DNA from: Candidatus Altimarinota bacterium
GTDB lineage: Bacteria; Patescibacteriota; Gracilibacteria; UBA4473
Assembly (NCBI GenBank): GCA_965231215.1
Contig: OZ246423.1
Coordinates: 864,001-928,000 of the forward strand
Length of the DNA: 64,000 bases
Reading direction: 5' to 3'
The translations under genes were made by a program, and so were the position numbers. Shown here piece by piece: positions 39,979 to 50,019 of this stretch (positions are counted from its first letter, which is position 1; the number at the start of each line of letters is the position of its first letter). The notes beneath the pieces were generated by a model. It was given only the letters and a program-made list of their open reading frames with translations. It was not told the origin of the DNA and searched no databases.

Positions 39979-41535
39979 CTATTCGAGTAAAAGTTTGTCG
40001 CCTTCTTTAAGTCCACTCAGAATTTCAATATGGCCGTTGGTATCTCTAATACCCGTTTGGACTCCAACCTCTACCACTTCTTGTGATTGGTTATGGGTTT
40101 CTAAAATTCGAACAATTTTTTCATTTCCGTCCCGGATAACTCGTCGTTGAGGAACTTTAATAATGTTTTCTTTTCGGGCAGTAATAATGTCGACATCTAC
40201 GGACATACCTGAACGAATTTCGAGTTCAATATCCTTTGGGTCAAGTGCAATTTTTACTTGATAATAAGTGACCCCTCCTACTTCGGTTTCAGCAGGTTCA
40301 ATAAATTTTACAACACTTTCGAAGGTGTGATCATCAAAGGCATCAAACATAATCTCTACCGGATCATCAATATTAATTTTGGCTACATCAATTTCCGGAA
40401 CATTGAGTTCAATTTCATAGCCTTCGCCGATCATCGAAATTAAAATTTCTTTAGCCGTCATCAGTGAAATAACTTCACCTTTTTTAGCATTTACTTTAGT
40501 AATAATTCCATCAAAGGGAGCATAGAGAATGGTTTTATTAATTTGAGCCTGGATTTGAGCCACCCGGGCTTGCGCCCCAAGAACCGCTGCTTCGTACATT
40601 TCAATTTGCTCTTCACGTGTTCCGACCTGGGTAAGATTGAGTTCTTGTGCACTTGTATCAAGTGATTTTTGAGCGATGAGTAAATTTTGCCGAGCGTTTC
40701 TGAGTCCTGAAATAGCGGTGTTAATATTGCTTTGAGTGCTACTGATACTATTTTTCCAGCTATCAAGTTTACTTTGGGATTGAGTAACCGTGACGTGAAA
40801 AGTATGGCTGATACCCACTAAGTCATCCACAAACACTTTTAGTTGATCTAGATTTTTCTCCACCTTTTGTGCCGTAAGGTCAAGATTATGCGTTGTTATT
40901 TTATGCATTTCGCTTTCCCAATTTTTCACCATTTGATCCAAATAAAAAAGCTGGTGATTGAGTTGTCCTAACTCGGTAGTATGGGTAGTGGCAAAAGCGA
41001 TTTTTGAACGGTTGTAGCCAGGATTGTAGGTAAGTCCTCGAAGAGTGTTACGAACAATAAAACTGGCAGTAGTAAAAGCTTCACGGATTTCAATTTCTAG
41101 ATCCTGTTCCGCATTTTTGAGAGTGGTTTCCGAAGAAGATTTTTTAGAAATCTGAATCTGAACTTCTTCTTCACGGTTTCCTTTTTGAGCTTCTTTAAGC
41201 TGTGCCTGAACTTGACGAAGATTGGCAATAGCTTCGGTTTTTTGAGCCCAAAGTTCTTGATTGGTAAGTTTTACAAGGGTGTCTCCACTTTTTACAGAAT
41301 CACCTACTTTTACGTACACTTCCTGAATTTTTCCATTATTTTCAAAGGTCAGGTCAGATTCATCAATGGGTTTGACTTTTCCAGTAACACTCACTTTTTG
41401 AGTGATATCAGATTTTTCAATCGTCTGATATTCATAGTCTTTTTGTTCTTCCTGGAATTTTATAAGATAAAGCGTAGTTCCAACACCCAGTAATATGCTC
41501 AGGAGAAGAAGGCGTTTCCAAGTAAAAAATTTCAT
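39979..41535 (-). CDS. membrane fusion/adaptor protein (HlyD/MacA-like)
   Basis: N-terminal TM, lipoyl halves (VKVGD.VKSGD; APFDG), long coiled coil. Confidence 0.9.
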   Translation of the reverse strand: MKFFTWKRLLLLSILLGVGTTLYLIKFQEEQKDYEYQTIEKSDITQKVSVTGKVKPIDESDLTFENNGKIQEVYVKVGDSVKSGDTLVKLTNQELWAQKTEAIANLRQVQAQLKEAQKGNREEEVQIQISKKSSSETTLKNAEQDLEIEIREAFTTASFIVRNTLRGLTYNPGYNRSKIAFATTHTTELGQLNHQLFYLDQMVKNWESEMHKITTHNLDLTAQKVEKNLDQLKVFVDDLVGISHTFHVTVTQSQSKLDSWKNSISSTQSNINTAISGLRNARQNLLIAQKSLDTSAQELNLTQVGTREEQIEMYEAAVLGAQARVAQIQAQINKTILYAPFDGIITKVNAKKGEVISLMTAKEILISMIGEGYEIELNVPEIDVAKINIDDPVEIMFDAFDDHTFESVVKFIEPAETEVGGVTYYQVKIALDPKDIELEIRSGMSVDVDIITARKENIIKVPQRRVIRDGNEKIVRILETHNQSQEVVEVGVQTGIRDTNGHIEILSGLKEGDKLLLE

Positions 41536-41675
41536 TAATTAAAAAATGGTAGAATTACCCCATTTTATCACATTTCTTGTATATTTACAAAACAAATACA
41601 GGCTGGATCTTTCGGTTCAAAATTGATAATTTTAAATGCATTTGAGTATAGTGTGATCAAATATTATGTTTTTCT

Positions 41676-42311
41676 ATGAAAATTGCGCCCTCCATTCTTG
41701 ATGCGGATTTTGGTAATCTTCAAACAGATATTGATTCTATTGCGACAGCCGATCGTATTCACCTGGATGTTATGGACGGGCACTATGTACCTAATATTAG
41801 TTTTGGTCCGCCGGTTTTAAAAAATATTAAATATCCTGTGCCTTATGAAGTGCACCTCATGGTGGATAACCCAGAAAAATTTGTAGAATATTTTGCCCCT
41901 ATGGGAGTTATGGGAATAACGTTTCATATAGAGAATACAGGGACAGAAAAAGCTCTAGCGCTGCTCGAAACCATTAAGAAAAAAGAAATAAAAGCGGGTA
42001 TTTGTATTGATGGATACACGGAGCCAGAAGCCTTGAGTGATGAAATTTTAGACATCACAGATCAAATACTAGTAATGTCGGTCAAAGCCGGATTTGGGGG
42101 ACAGTCTTTTATGCCCCAGTCAACCGAAAAAATTCAAACACTTCGAGCTCGAGGCTACACCGGAGAAATAGAGGTAGATGGAGGGGTCACCCTGGAGAAC
42201 GTTAAAATACTGAGCGAAGCGGGAGCCGATATAGTGGTAGTAGGAAGTTTTTTAATGAAAAAAGGGATTGAAGAAAGAGCTCAAATCATTAAGAATTTCC
42301 AGGCTATATAA
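41676..42311 (+). CDS. rpe: ribulose-phosphate 3-epimerase
   Basis: APSIL.ADF, HLDVMDG, HLMV, GFGGQ, VDGG. Confidence 0.96.
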   Translation: MKIAPSILDADFGNLQTDIDSIATADRIHLDVMDGHYVPNISFGPPVLKNIKYPVPYEVHLMVDNPEKFVEYFAPMGVMGITFHIENTGTEKALALLETIKKKEIKAGICIDGYTEPEALSDEILDITDQILVMSVKAGFGGQSFMPQSTEKIQTLRARGYTGEIEVDGGVTLENVKILSEAGADIVVVGSFLMKKGIEERAQIIKNFQAI

Positions 42312-42319
42312 GCTCATTT

Positions 42320-42886
42320 ATGTTTACTGGAATTATTCAGCAACTGGGAAAGATTAAAACCATAAAAGGATCACGGTTTGTGATTTCTCATAATTTTACA
42401 GAGGCTCTAGAGATTGGGGAATCGGTGGCCCTGAATGGAATGTGTTCAACGGTGGTAGAATTTTCTGATAAAGATTTGGCTGTAGATATTATGGCTGAAT
42501 CTCGGAGTGTAACTACTTTTGGGACAGCGCAAGCCGGGACCTTGGTAAATCTAGAACGGTCGGCCAAAATGGGGGAACGAAACTCTGGTCATAATGTAAC
42601 TGGACATGTCGATCAAGTCGGGGAAATAGTGAAGATTAAACCCCTGTCAGATTTTTATTTAATACGCGTGAAATTTAATCCGGAAAACCGAAAATTTTTG
42701 GTGCATAAGGGCTCAGTCGCTCTTGAAGGTATCTCCTTAACCATCAGTGGTTTAGGGGATGATTTTTTTGAAGTTTCGATTATTCCACATACTTGGCAGC
42801 ACACAAATCTGTATGATAAAATTGAAGGAGATGGCGTAAACCTAGAGTTTGATATTTTTGGGAAATACGTTCTCAACTTAAAATAA
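42320..42886 (+). CDS. ribE: riboflavin synthase (alpha)
   Basis: MFTGII, SVALNG.C.TV, VNLER, GH.VTGHVD, IIPHT, VNLEFD. Confidence 0.95.
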   Translation: MFTGIIQQLGKIKTIKGSRFVISHNFTEALEIGESVALNGMCSTVVEFSDKDLAVDIMAESRSVTTFGTAQAGTLVNLERSAKMGERNSGHNVTGHVDQVGEIVKIKPLSDFYLIRVKFNPENRKFLVHKGSVALEGISLTISGLGDDFFEVSIIPHTWQHTNLYDKIEGDGVNLEFDIFGKYVLNLK

Positions 42887-42958
42887 GCACTAAAAATTCA
42901 GTCAGTAATTGAGTGACAGCGTATCTTTATTATTTAGGAAAGGCTCTAAACCTACACC

Positions 42959-43222
42959 ATGATAAAAAAAATTCTGAACTTCCCAGATAAACTCATCAGT
43001 CAATTGCTTATTGGCTGCATCCGTGTGTATCAACGTACGATTTCTCCAGATCACTCGGCGCTAGGGAAAACCGAACCTTTTAAGGGCTGTAAGTTCTACC
43101 CGTCTTGCTCACAGTATGCGGTAGAAAGCTTAGAAAAAAAAGGGATTTGGTCTTTACCCAAAATTGTATGGAGGGTTTTGAGGTGTAATCCGTGGAGTAA
43201 AGGAGGCATAGATAAACCTTAA
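42959..43222 (+). CDS. yidD: membrane protein insertion efficiency factor
   Basis: YQ..ISP, CKFYPSCSQY, RCNPW..GG.D. Confidence 0.95.
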   Translation: MIKKILNFPDKLISQLLIGCIRVYQRTISPDHSALGKTEPFKGCKFYPSCSQYAVESLEKKGIWSLPKIVWRVLRCNPWSKGGIDKP

Positions 43223-43266
43223 AATTAAGAATTGCCATTTGATCTGCAATTCTTATCTTTAGGCTG

Positions 43267-44199
43267 ATGGTTTTATTTTCGATTCTCGTTTTCTTTGTGA
43301 TCTTCTCAATCTTGATTCTTATTCATGAGTTTGGGCACTATTACGCCGCCATTAAATCAGGAGTAAAAGTAGAAGAATTTGGATTGGGAATGGGCAAGAA
43401 ATTGTATGGAAAAAAATACGGAGAAACCGAATTTACTTTCAATGCGGTTCCTTTTGGGGGTTTTGTCCGAATGTTAGGAGAGGAAGAAACCTCAAAAGAT
43501 CCACGAAGTTTTGGGCAAGCACCTCTGCTGAACCGAATGATTATTACGCTTGCTGGCGTGTTTATGAATTTTGTACTAGCTATAGGGTTGTTAACGATTC
43601 TTTTTACTATCGGAACCAATCCCATTTTGGTTTCGAAGCAAGATATTGACAGAGCCCATGAAAAAGGCTGGATAGAGTTCCAAAACGAAGCAGGAAACGT
43701 TCTAGAAAAAAATCAGATTGAAGCTGAAAAAGAAGCCGGGAGAACGGTCTCAATCACCTATACTCAAAAGATTAAAAAACCTTTCCCGCAGTCTGTGTGG
43801 TTTGCCACGACCGAAACCGTAAGAATTTCTTATGCCGTGTTGCAGAAAGCGGCCGAGATACCAGTTGAACTGATTAAAGAAAGGCGGATACCAGAAGGGC
43901 TAGCCGGCCCTATAGGGATCGCAGAAGTCACGCATCGGGTTATTCCCCTAGGGTTTTTGGCCTTGGTCAAATTGACCGCACTGCTTTCAATATCTCTTGG
44001 AGTGATGAACCTTTTACCCATTCCAGCTCTGGATGGAGGGCGGTTTATTTTTCAGCTAGTAGAACTGATTTTGAAACCTTTCAAAACCAGACCAAGTGAA
44101 ACTATTGAAAATTTTGTACATTTAGGAGGATTTGTTCTGCTTATGGGGTTGCTGTTGCTCATTACCTGGAACGATATCTATAGGATTTTTGTTTTATAG
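43267..44199 (+). CDS. rseP: site-2 protease RseP (M50), no clear PDZ domain
   Basis: IHEFGH, PFGGFV, GPIGI, NLLPIPALDGG. Confidence 0.92.
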   Translation: MVLFSILVFFVIFSILILIHEFGHYYAAIKSGVKVEEFGLGMGKKLYGKKYGETEFTFNAVPFGGFVRMLGEEETSKDPRSFGQAPLLNRMIITLAGVFMNFVLAIGLLTILFTIGTNPILVSKQDIDRAHEKGWIEFQNEAGNVLEKNQIEAEKEAGRTVSITYTQKIKKPFPQSVWFATTETVRISYAVLQKAAEIPVELIKERRIPEGLAGPIGIAEVTHRVIPLGFLALVKLTALLSISLGVMNLLPIPALDGGRFIFQLVELILKPFKTRPSETIENFVHLGGFVLLMGLLLLITWNDIYRIFVL

Positions 44200-44326
44200 T
44201 CCTGCTGGGTTATTTTGTTTTTGTAAGTATGGACTTCTCACACTACAAGAAAATAGAGAGAGGAATTCCGATATTTCTAGAGGAGAACAATTAGCTCTAG
44301 TTGAAACTACTTGGCTTTATTTCTGT

Positions 44327-44354
44327 TTGACAAAAAATTCCTCACTCCTAAACT
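44327..44354 (+). promoter_or_regulatory. promoter of rplY
   Basis: TTGACA-16bp-TAAACT followed by CGCGCGG. Confidence 0.7.
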
Positions 44355-44376
44355 CGCGCGGCTTATTTGAAGAATA

Positions 44377-45027
44377 ATGGCTGAAACTTTTGCCTTGGCT
44401 GCCGAAAAAAGAGAAATTTCTAAACATTCTGCTCGAAATACTCGTCGTGAATACAAAATTCCTGGCGTGGTGTATGGACACGGCCTTGATCCAGTTCCAG
44501 TATCAGTAGATTATTCAGAATTTTTAAGACTTTTTCGTAAAGCGGGTCAATCTTCAGTTATTGACCTAACTATCGATGGAAAAGCCACAAAAGTTTTAGT
44601 ACAAAAATATGATCTTGATCCGGTAAAAGATACATTTGTTCATGTTGATTTCTTTGCGGTCAACCTCAAAGAAAAAACGATTGTCCGTGTGCCCCTTCAT
44701 TTTGAAGGAGAATCAATGGCCGTTAAAAACCTTGGAGGTATCTTTAATGTGGCTCATCATGAACTTGAGATCCGATGTCTTCCAACCGAAATTCCACACG
44801 ATATTAAAGTAGATATTTCTAGTCTAGAAAATGTCCACGATCATATTTCTATTGCAGACCTAAATCTTTCAGAAACTTTGGAAGTGATGCATCTAGAGGC
44901 TGGAACGGTGCTGTGTACCGTAACAGCGGCTCGAGTTGCGGTCGAAGAAGAAACTACCGCCGGAGGTGAAGAAGGGGAGGGAGCTGAAGGTGCCGATGGA
45001 GGAGAAGCCAAAGCCGAAGACGCTTAG
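44377..45027 (+). CDS. rplY: 50S ribosomal protein L25/CTC
   Basis: IPGVVYG, HVDF, VPLHF.G, IP..I.VDIS. Confidence 0.95.
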   Translation: MAETFALAAEKREISKHSARNTRREYKIPGVVYGHGLDPVPVSVDYSEFLRLFRKAGQSSVIDLTIDGKATKVLVQKYDLDPVKDTFVHVDFFAVNLKEKTIVRVPLHFEGESMAVKNLGGIFNVAHHELEIRCLPTEIPHDIKVDISSLENVHDHISIADLNLSETLEVMHLEAGTVLCTVTAARVAVEEETTAGGEEGEGAEGADGGEAKAEDA

Positions 45028-45072
45028 GGAGTAGTTGCTTATCTCTCGTAATTTATTTAGTTTAGAAGGTGA

Positions 45073-45786
45073 ATGGAGCCTTATGTTTTTGAAACCTTTA
45101 GAACTTTTGATCAGCATAAAATTTTTCAATTAGAAATGCACTTGGATCGACTGTTCCATTCGGCCAGAACTTTGGATATAGAGCTGCCTCAAAATTGCAC
45201 AAAGCCTCATATTTGTACCAAGCTCCAAGAGATATTGAATCTCCATAACCCACAAAAAGATTGGCGTATAAAGATAGAGGCCAGTGCGAAAGACTGGAAG
45301 ATTATTGTGAATCCCTTTGTGCCACTACCAGAAAGTATTTATCAAGAAGGAGTGCGATTGGTAAGTGATAGATGTCTAAGAGATAATCCCACAGCCAAAG
45401 CTAATTCTGAAAGGTACAAGTACTACGCCCAAAAGTGCGAAAAAATCTTTTTTGATGTTATGGTGTTTGATGAAAATCAAAACCTGCTTGAAGGAGGTAT
45501 CACGAATATTTTTGTTGTTTTTGGGAAAACCGTTATAACGCCTAAAGACCATATTTTGTTGGGCACTATGAGGTCTTGGGTTATAACCCAATTGCCTAAG
45601 CTCGGGTATAGCGTTCAAGAAAAAAAAATTACCTATCTGGAGATGAAAAAAGCCAAAGCTATTTTTTGCACTAATGCCCTAAAAGGGGTGGTGCCGGTAG
45701 GTTTCTGGGAAGATTGGGCAAGCCGGGACTTTGAGCTCGCTAAAAAGCTAAACCAAAAACTTCCTTTTCCACGCCCTAAGAGTTGA
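45073..45786 (+). CDS. aminotransferase class IV (PabC/IlvE-like)
   Basis: VFETFR, HLDRL..SA, EG..TNIF, LLGTMR, TNA. Confidence 0.88.
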   Translation: MEPYVFETFRTFDQHKIFQLEMHLDRLFHSARTLDIELPQNCTKPHICTKLQEILNLHNPQKDWRIKIEASAKDWKIIVNPFVPLPESIYQEGVRLVSDRCLRDNPTAKANSERYKYYAQKCEKIFFDVMVFDENQNLLEGGITNIFVVFGKTVITPKDHILLGTMRSWVITQLPKLGYSVQEKKITYLEMKKAKAIFCTNALKGVVPVGFWEDWASRDFELAKKLNQKLPFPRPKS

Positions 45787-45826
45787 AAGATTTGGCTATT
45801 TCTGGTACAATGATCTGGTAAATTTT

Positions 45827-46741
45827 ATGTCCAGTTTTTCTGTTATCATTCCCAGCTATAATGAAGGTGCGTGGCTTGAACGCACTGTTATGGGCGTACT
45901 GGAGAATACCAATTACCCAGAGTTTGAGATCATTATTGTAGCCGATAACTGCACCGATAATTCTACCGATTTTTGTAAACAAAAATCTATTCCCAACGTA
46001 GTGCTCTTGGAAACTTCACACAATTTGGGAGCGATAGAAGCTCGGAATTATGGCGCTTCTATTGCCGAGGGAGAAAACTTAGTCTTTATTGATGCTCATG
46101 AAGTTCCGGAAACCGATAATTGGATTTCGGTGCTATTTGACTTGCTTGAGAAGCCTAATACGGGAGCGGCAACAATACCGATTTCAAGCTTCGAAGACCC
46201 TCAGAGGATTGGGTATGTGTATCGCCTTAAGGATTTGGCGCTAGAGCCTGCTTGGGAGTCGAGAGAATCAAAACATTTACCATTAGTACCGGTTATTCCT
46301 GGGGGGTGTTTTGCCATTAAAAAATCTGTATTTATCGAAACAGGAGGGTTTAATCCTTTGTTAAAAAAGTGGGGGAGAGAGGACCTAGAATATTCGCTTC
46401 GTTTGTGGCGAATGGGATATGATTTGAGGTCGTCAAAGGCAGCTAAGATTGCTCACGCATTTAGCCATAAAAGAGCATTTGAGATTAGTTGGGATCAGGT
46501 GGATCATAATATTTTGCTTATTGCTGATTTATTGTTTTCCTCAGAGGCGTGTAAAAAAGTTTGTACACATTTAAAAAAGATTCGTCCACAGAATTATGAT
46601 AAAATTTATCAACAATTATTAAATAATGAAGCCTACCAAGCTTACAAAGCAAAACTACTGCTAAAGCGTAGTTTTGAGGACTATAAGATCGAGTTTAAAG
46701 ACTATTTACCAAAAAATTATTCTCTTATACCACAAGTATAA
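45827..46741 (+). CDS. GT2 family glycosyltransferase
   Basis: SVIIP.YNE, DN.TD, ARNYG, FIDAH, WGREDLE. Confidence 0.92.
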   Translation: MSSFSVIIPSYNEGAWLERTVMGVLENTNYPEFEIIIVADNCTDNSTDFCKQKSIPNVVLLETSHNLGAIEARNYGASIAEGENLVFIDAHEVPETDNWISVLFDLLEKPNTGAATIPISSFEDPQRIGYVYRLKDLALEPAWESRESKHLPLVPVIPGGCFAIKKSVFIETGGFNPLLKKWGREDLEYSLRLWRMGYDLRSSKAAKIAHAFSHKRAFEISWDQVDHNILLIADLLFSSEACKKVCTHLKKIRPQNYDKIYQQLLNNEAYQAYKAKLLLKRSFEDYKIEFKDYLPKNYSLIPQV

Positions 46742-47979
46742 AACATTCCAAGCCCTATATTTTTCCAGTCATTATCACTTCCAACTCTTAATGGAGTAGT
46801 GCTATAGCCAATATAACTAGGGACGATTGATCCAAGCTCTCCATGGTTTCCACTTCCCCAACACCATAAAGCACCATCATTCTTTATCGCACAAGAGTGA
46901 GAGTATCCTGAAGCAACGCTTTCCCAAGTGTTCTCACTTCCTACCTGTGTAGGAACCCTCTTACTACCTGTATAGCGTTTTCCCTGACCAAGCTGTCCAT
47001 AGTGATCTCCCCCCCAACACCACAAAGTATTATCTGTTTTTATCGCACATAAGTGTCTTTTTCCTATACCAATACTTTTCCAAGTATCGGTACCAACCTG
47101 AACGGGAGTACTTCGATCTATAGCATCATTCTGTCCTAGTTGTCCATAACGGTTATCTCCCCAGCACCACAAGGTATTATTATTTTTAGTCGCACAGGCA
47201 AATTTATTTCCAAGGTAAATATTTTTCCAATCGTTATCGCTACCAACTTGCACAGGGCTCGGTTGGTTATCTGATGGATCATTACTACCAATTCCAAGTC
47301 TTGAATCAGAATTACTCCCCCAACACGACAAAGTATTATCAGTTGTTATTCCACAAGTATGATCTAATCCTGCTGAAACATCTTTCCAAGTACCAGGTAA
47401 TCGCTTAGGGTAATGTTCATACTCATGAATTCCTCCTTTTCTGCCTATTCCTAGCTTCCCAAGGTAAGTGTGTCCCCAACACCATAACGTATTATCATCT
47501 TTTATTGCACAAACATGTCCAGCTAAACCAAATTCTATAGTATCTGCCAGACTACTTAAGTATGAAGGACTCATTCCCCAACATTGAAGATTATTTCCAC
47601 TTGAAATAGCACAAAAGGAATTCACCCCAATTCCAACTTTGTTCCAACTACTACTTTCAAACTGCTCAGGCTCATGAGTATTTGATAATCCTGGAAGAGG
47701 TGAGCTTCCCCAGCACCAAAGAGCCTCTGGAACATGGCATGCCGAAAATTCAATATTTATGGGTTTATTATTCAGAAAAGAGTGCCATCCTGTGGTGGTT
47801 TGAGTTGGAACAAATCGTTCTTTCCCATCCAAGCTCTTAATTTTTTTACAAATTCCATGAGCATTAATTATTTTATCGGCTGTTCCAATACGGAATCCAG
47901 TAAGAATGGTATTAATTGCAAAAACCTCGTCAAAAAGAAGCAATAACGAAAGTAAGAAAAATAATTTTTTTGTTCTCAT
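46717..47979 (-). CDS. secreted RCC1/BLIP-II beta-propeller repeat protein
   Basis: signal peptide; about 7 repeats of H.CAI..D.TLWCWG....GQLG; ATGA-coupled to the upstream fibre gene. Confidence 0.9.
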   Translation of the reverse strand: MRTKKLFFLLSLLLLFDEVFAINTILTGFRIGTADKIINAHGICKKIKSLDGKERFVPTQTTTGWHSFLNNKPINIEFSACHVPEALWCWGSSPLPGLSNTHEPEQFESSSWNKVGIGVNSFCAISSGNNLQCWGMSPSYLSSLADTIEFGLAGHVCAIKDDNTLWCWGHTYLGKLGIGRKGGIHEYEHYPKRLPGTWKDVSAGLDHTCGITTDNTLSCWGSNSDSRLGIGSNDPSDNQPSPVQVGSDNDWKNIYLGNKFACATKNNNTLWCWGDNRYGQLGQNDAIDRSTPVQVGTDTWKSIGIGKRHLCAIKTDNTLWCWGGDHYGQLGQGKRYTGSKRVPTQVGSENTWESVASGYSHSCAIKNDGALWCWGSGNHGELGSIVPSYIGYSTTPLRVGSDNDWKNIGLGMFYTCGIRE

Positions 47980-49853
47980 AGATTCATAACTTCCTTTAAT
48001 TTATTAATTTGTTCTTGTTGATTTTCAATTAATTTCTGTTGTTGATCCGTTAGTTCTTTCATTTCTTTTAAGGCCTCAACAAGTATGGCATTTATATTTC
48101 CATAGCGAACCGACTTCAGCCCATCCACCTCGCTTGTTTCTACGAGTTCTGGTAGGACTCTTTCAACATCTTGAGCAATGAAACCAATAGAATTTTTATC
48201 AGAATTATTCCATTTAAATTTAACACCTTCTAATTGCTGAATAATTTTTATTGGATTTTTGATTTTCAAAATGTCTTTTTTCAAACGCTTATCAGAGGAG
48301 TAAACAAAATCTGTTGCTAGAACTGTTCCTTCAACATCTAGCTTCTGAGAAGGGGCCGTCGTCCCAATCCCGACATTACCCGTATGCGCAACCGTCATGG
48401 AAGGTGTCCCGCCATAATAGGAATTACCAGCAGCACCATCTACATAAAACCGAATATCCCCTGCATTGGACACCAAACGTATCCAGTTGCTTCCACCTTC
48501 AGAATAAAGCCCTAAATCAGTACCAGAAGCCAACCCCGCTTTGTTGATGATGCCCTCTCGAACCCTCAAACCACCACTACCAATATCCAACGTAGCACTC
48601 GGCGTCGCCGTCCCAAGACCAATATAACCATTACCACCATCAAGCGTAAAGTGCGTATTTTCCCCAACACCACCACCCACATTAATCTTGAATTTATGAT
48701 TATCTGACTGATCCAGTCCTACAGAATACCAAGCATTCCACGGATCATGGAAACGAATTTGCGAGTCAGCATCATTATTCTCAACCTCGATATTCCCGCC
48801 GCGTATCTCTAACTTATTATCCGGATCTGCCGTCCCAATCCCGACATTGCCGCCGACAAGCGCCATGTCAGTTGCAACAGAACGTAAGATAGCCGTATTA
48901 TTACTATCTGTTGTTATATCAAGAATTCTTTGGTCACCCGCTTTATCATTATTAAAAATACTAAAAAATTGATTGTCATCTAGACTTCCTGCTGGCGCAG
49001 CGCCAAGAGCCCTGCCTGCCATTATTATCCCTGAAACATTCAACTTCGCATTAGGAGACTCCGTCCCAAGCCCGACATTGCCATTCGCTGCAATACTCAA
49101 ACCATGATACCAATTGGTACCATCATTATTATAGATAGAGAGCGCATTCGGCGCACCATAAGAAGATGGTCTCTTAACAAAATCTGTAAAGTGTGAGCCA
49201 CCATTGCTACTTTGCAAACGTAACGTATGGCCAGTATTATCCGGCGAAAGAACGTGCAACGGCAAACCAGGCGTCGCCGTCCCAATGCCAACCCTACCGG
49301 TTTCTGTCACTCGCATAAGTTCAGCCCAGTTACCGCCTGGGCCAGCGGCATTTTTTCCGATGACGAGGGCTCGGTTATCATTATCATCATTATTCCAGTC
49401 CATAGAAAGATAAACATTGTCTTCCCCATTTAGCTCTAGAGCTCCATTACTGTCATAAATAGTGCCGCCTCTTACCAGCAGTGTACCATCTATTTGAAGA
49501 TCTCCGTCTTCATCAATGTTGGCTTTATCTGCATCGGCTCCTGTTCCAATCTGAAAGAGTTTTTCATTGGCGGTAGGAGAGGCTTTGTGAATTGAAAAAT
49601 GTGCCGGAAAAGTATCGGTTCCAATACCGACTTTCCCATTAAGATAATAGAGGTCTTGACCGCTGAAATTCCAAACCTGATAGCCTAAAATATCAACAGC
49701 GGTAGAGAGGCTTAGGAGATCAGTTCTTACCTTGTTCCAATCTGAGGCCCGAATAAGTTCTCCACTATTGACAGTGGGAGTGGTTATTGTCACCGCAGCG
49801 TAAGAAGTATTTGAGAAACTGAACAACAGCCATGCAAGCAATAGAGTTCTCAT
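47976..49853 (-). CDS. secreted tail-fibre-like trimeric adhesin with C-terminal S74 autocleaving chaperone
   Basis: signal peptide, GNVGIGT repeats, SDKRLKKDI...GFIAQDVE..LPELV..Y..LVEALKE coiled coil. Confidence 0.88.
   Translation of the reverse strand: MRTLLLAWLLFSFSNTSYAAVTITTPTVNSGELIRASDWNKVRTDLLSLSTAVDILGYQVWNFSGQDLYYLNGKVGIGTDTFPAHFSIHKASPTANEKLFQIGTGADADKANIDEDGDLQIDGTLLVRGGTIYDSNGALELNGEDNVYLSMDWNNDDNDNRALVIGKNAAGPGGNWAELMRVTETGRVGIGTATPGLPLHVLSPDNTGHTLRLQSSNGGSHFTDFVKRPSSYGAPNALSIYNNDGTNWYHGLSIAANGNVGLGTESPNAKLNVSGIIMAGRALGAAPAGSLDDNQFFSIFNNDKAGDQRILDITTDSNNTAILRSVATDMALVGGNVGIGTADPDNKLEIRGGNIEVENNDADSQIRFHDPWNAWYSVGLDQSDNHKFKINVGGGVGENTHFTLDGGNGYIGLGTATPSATLDIGSGGLRVREGIINKAGLASGTDLGLYSEGGSNWIRLVSNAGDIRFYVDGAAGNSYYGGTPSMTVAHTGNVGIGTTAPSQKLDVEGTVLATDFVYSSDKRLKKDILKIKNPIKIIQQLEGVKFKWNNSDKNSIGFIAQDVERVLPELVETSEVDGLKSVRYGNINAILVEALKEMKELTDQQQKLIENQQEQINKLKEVMNL
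48364..48616. repeat. 253-bp direct repeat, copy 1 (copy 2 at 51152-51404)
   Basis: identical by eye; encodes GTATPSATLDIGSG...HTGNVGIG in both fibres. Confidence 0.92.
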
Positions 49854-49944
49854 ATTTATTTTTTTTCACACTTTATAATACAGGTATTTGTTTTTAGTTT
49901 AAAGTTAAATTTTCTGACTTGTTTTTTTAAAATTTTGGATGGAT
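49276..49944. repeat. about 670-bp direct repeat, copy 1 (copy 2 at 52304-52971)
   Basis: covers promoter, signal peptide and first ~192 codons; only a few substitutions seen. Confidence 0.95.
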
Positions 49945-50019
49945 ATCAGCAAAATTCTCTGTTGATAAACTTTATCTGATCATTGTATCAGAAAACCCCT
50001 AAAAAATAAAGTGAGGATT

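Noticed and set aside
44132-44377. 81-aa ORF between rseP and rplY
   Set aside because: Overlaps rseP and the rplY promoter, has a non-ATG start and no motif
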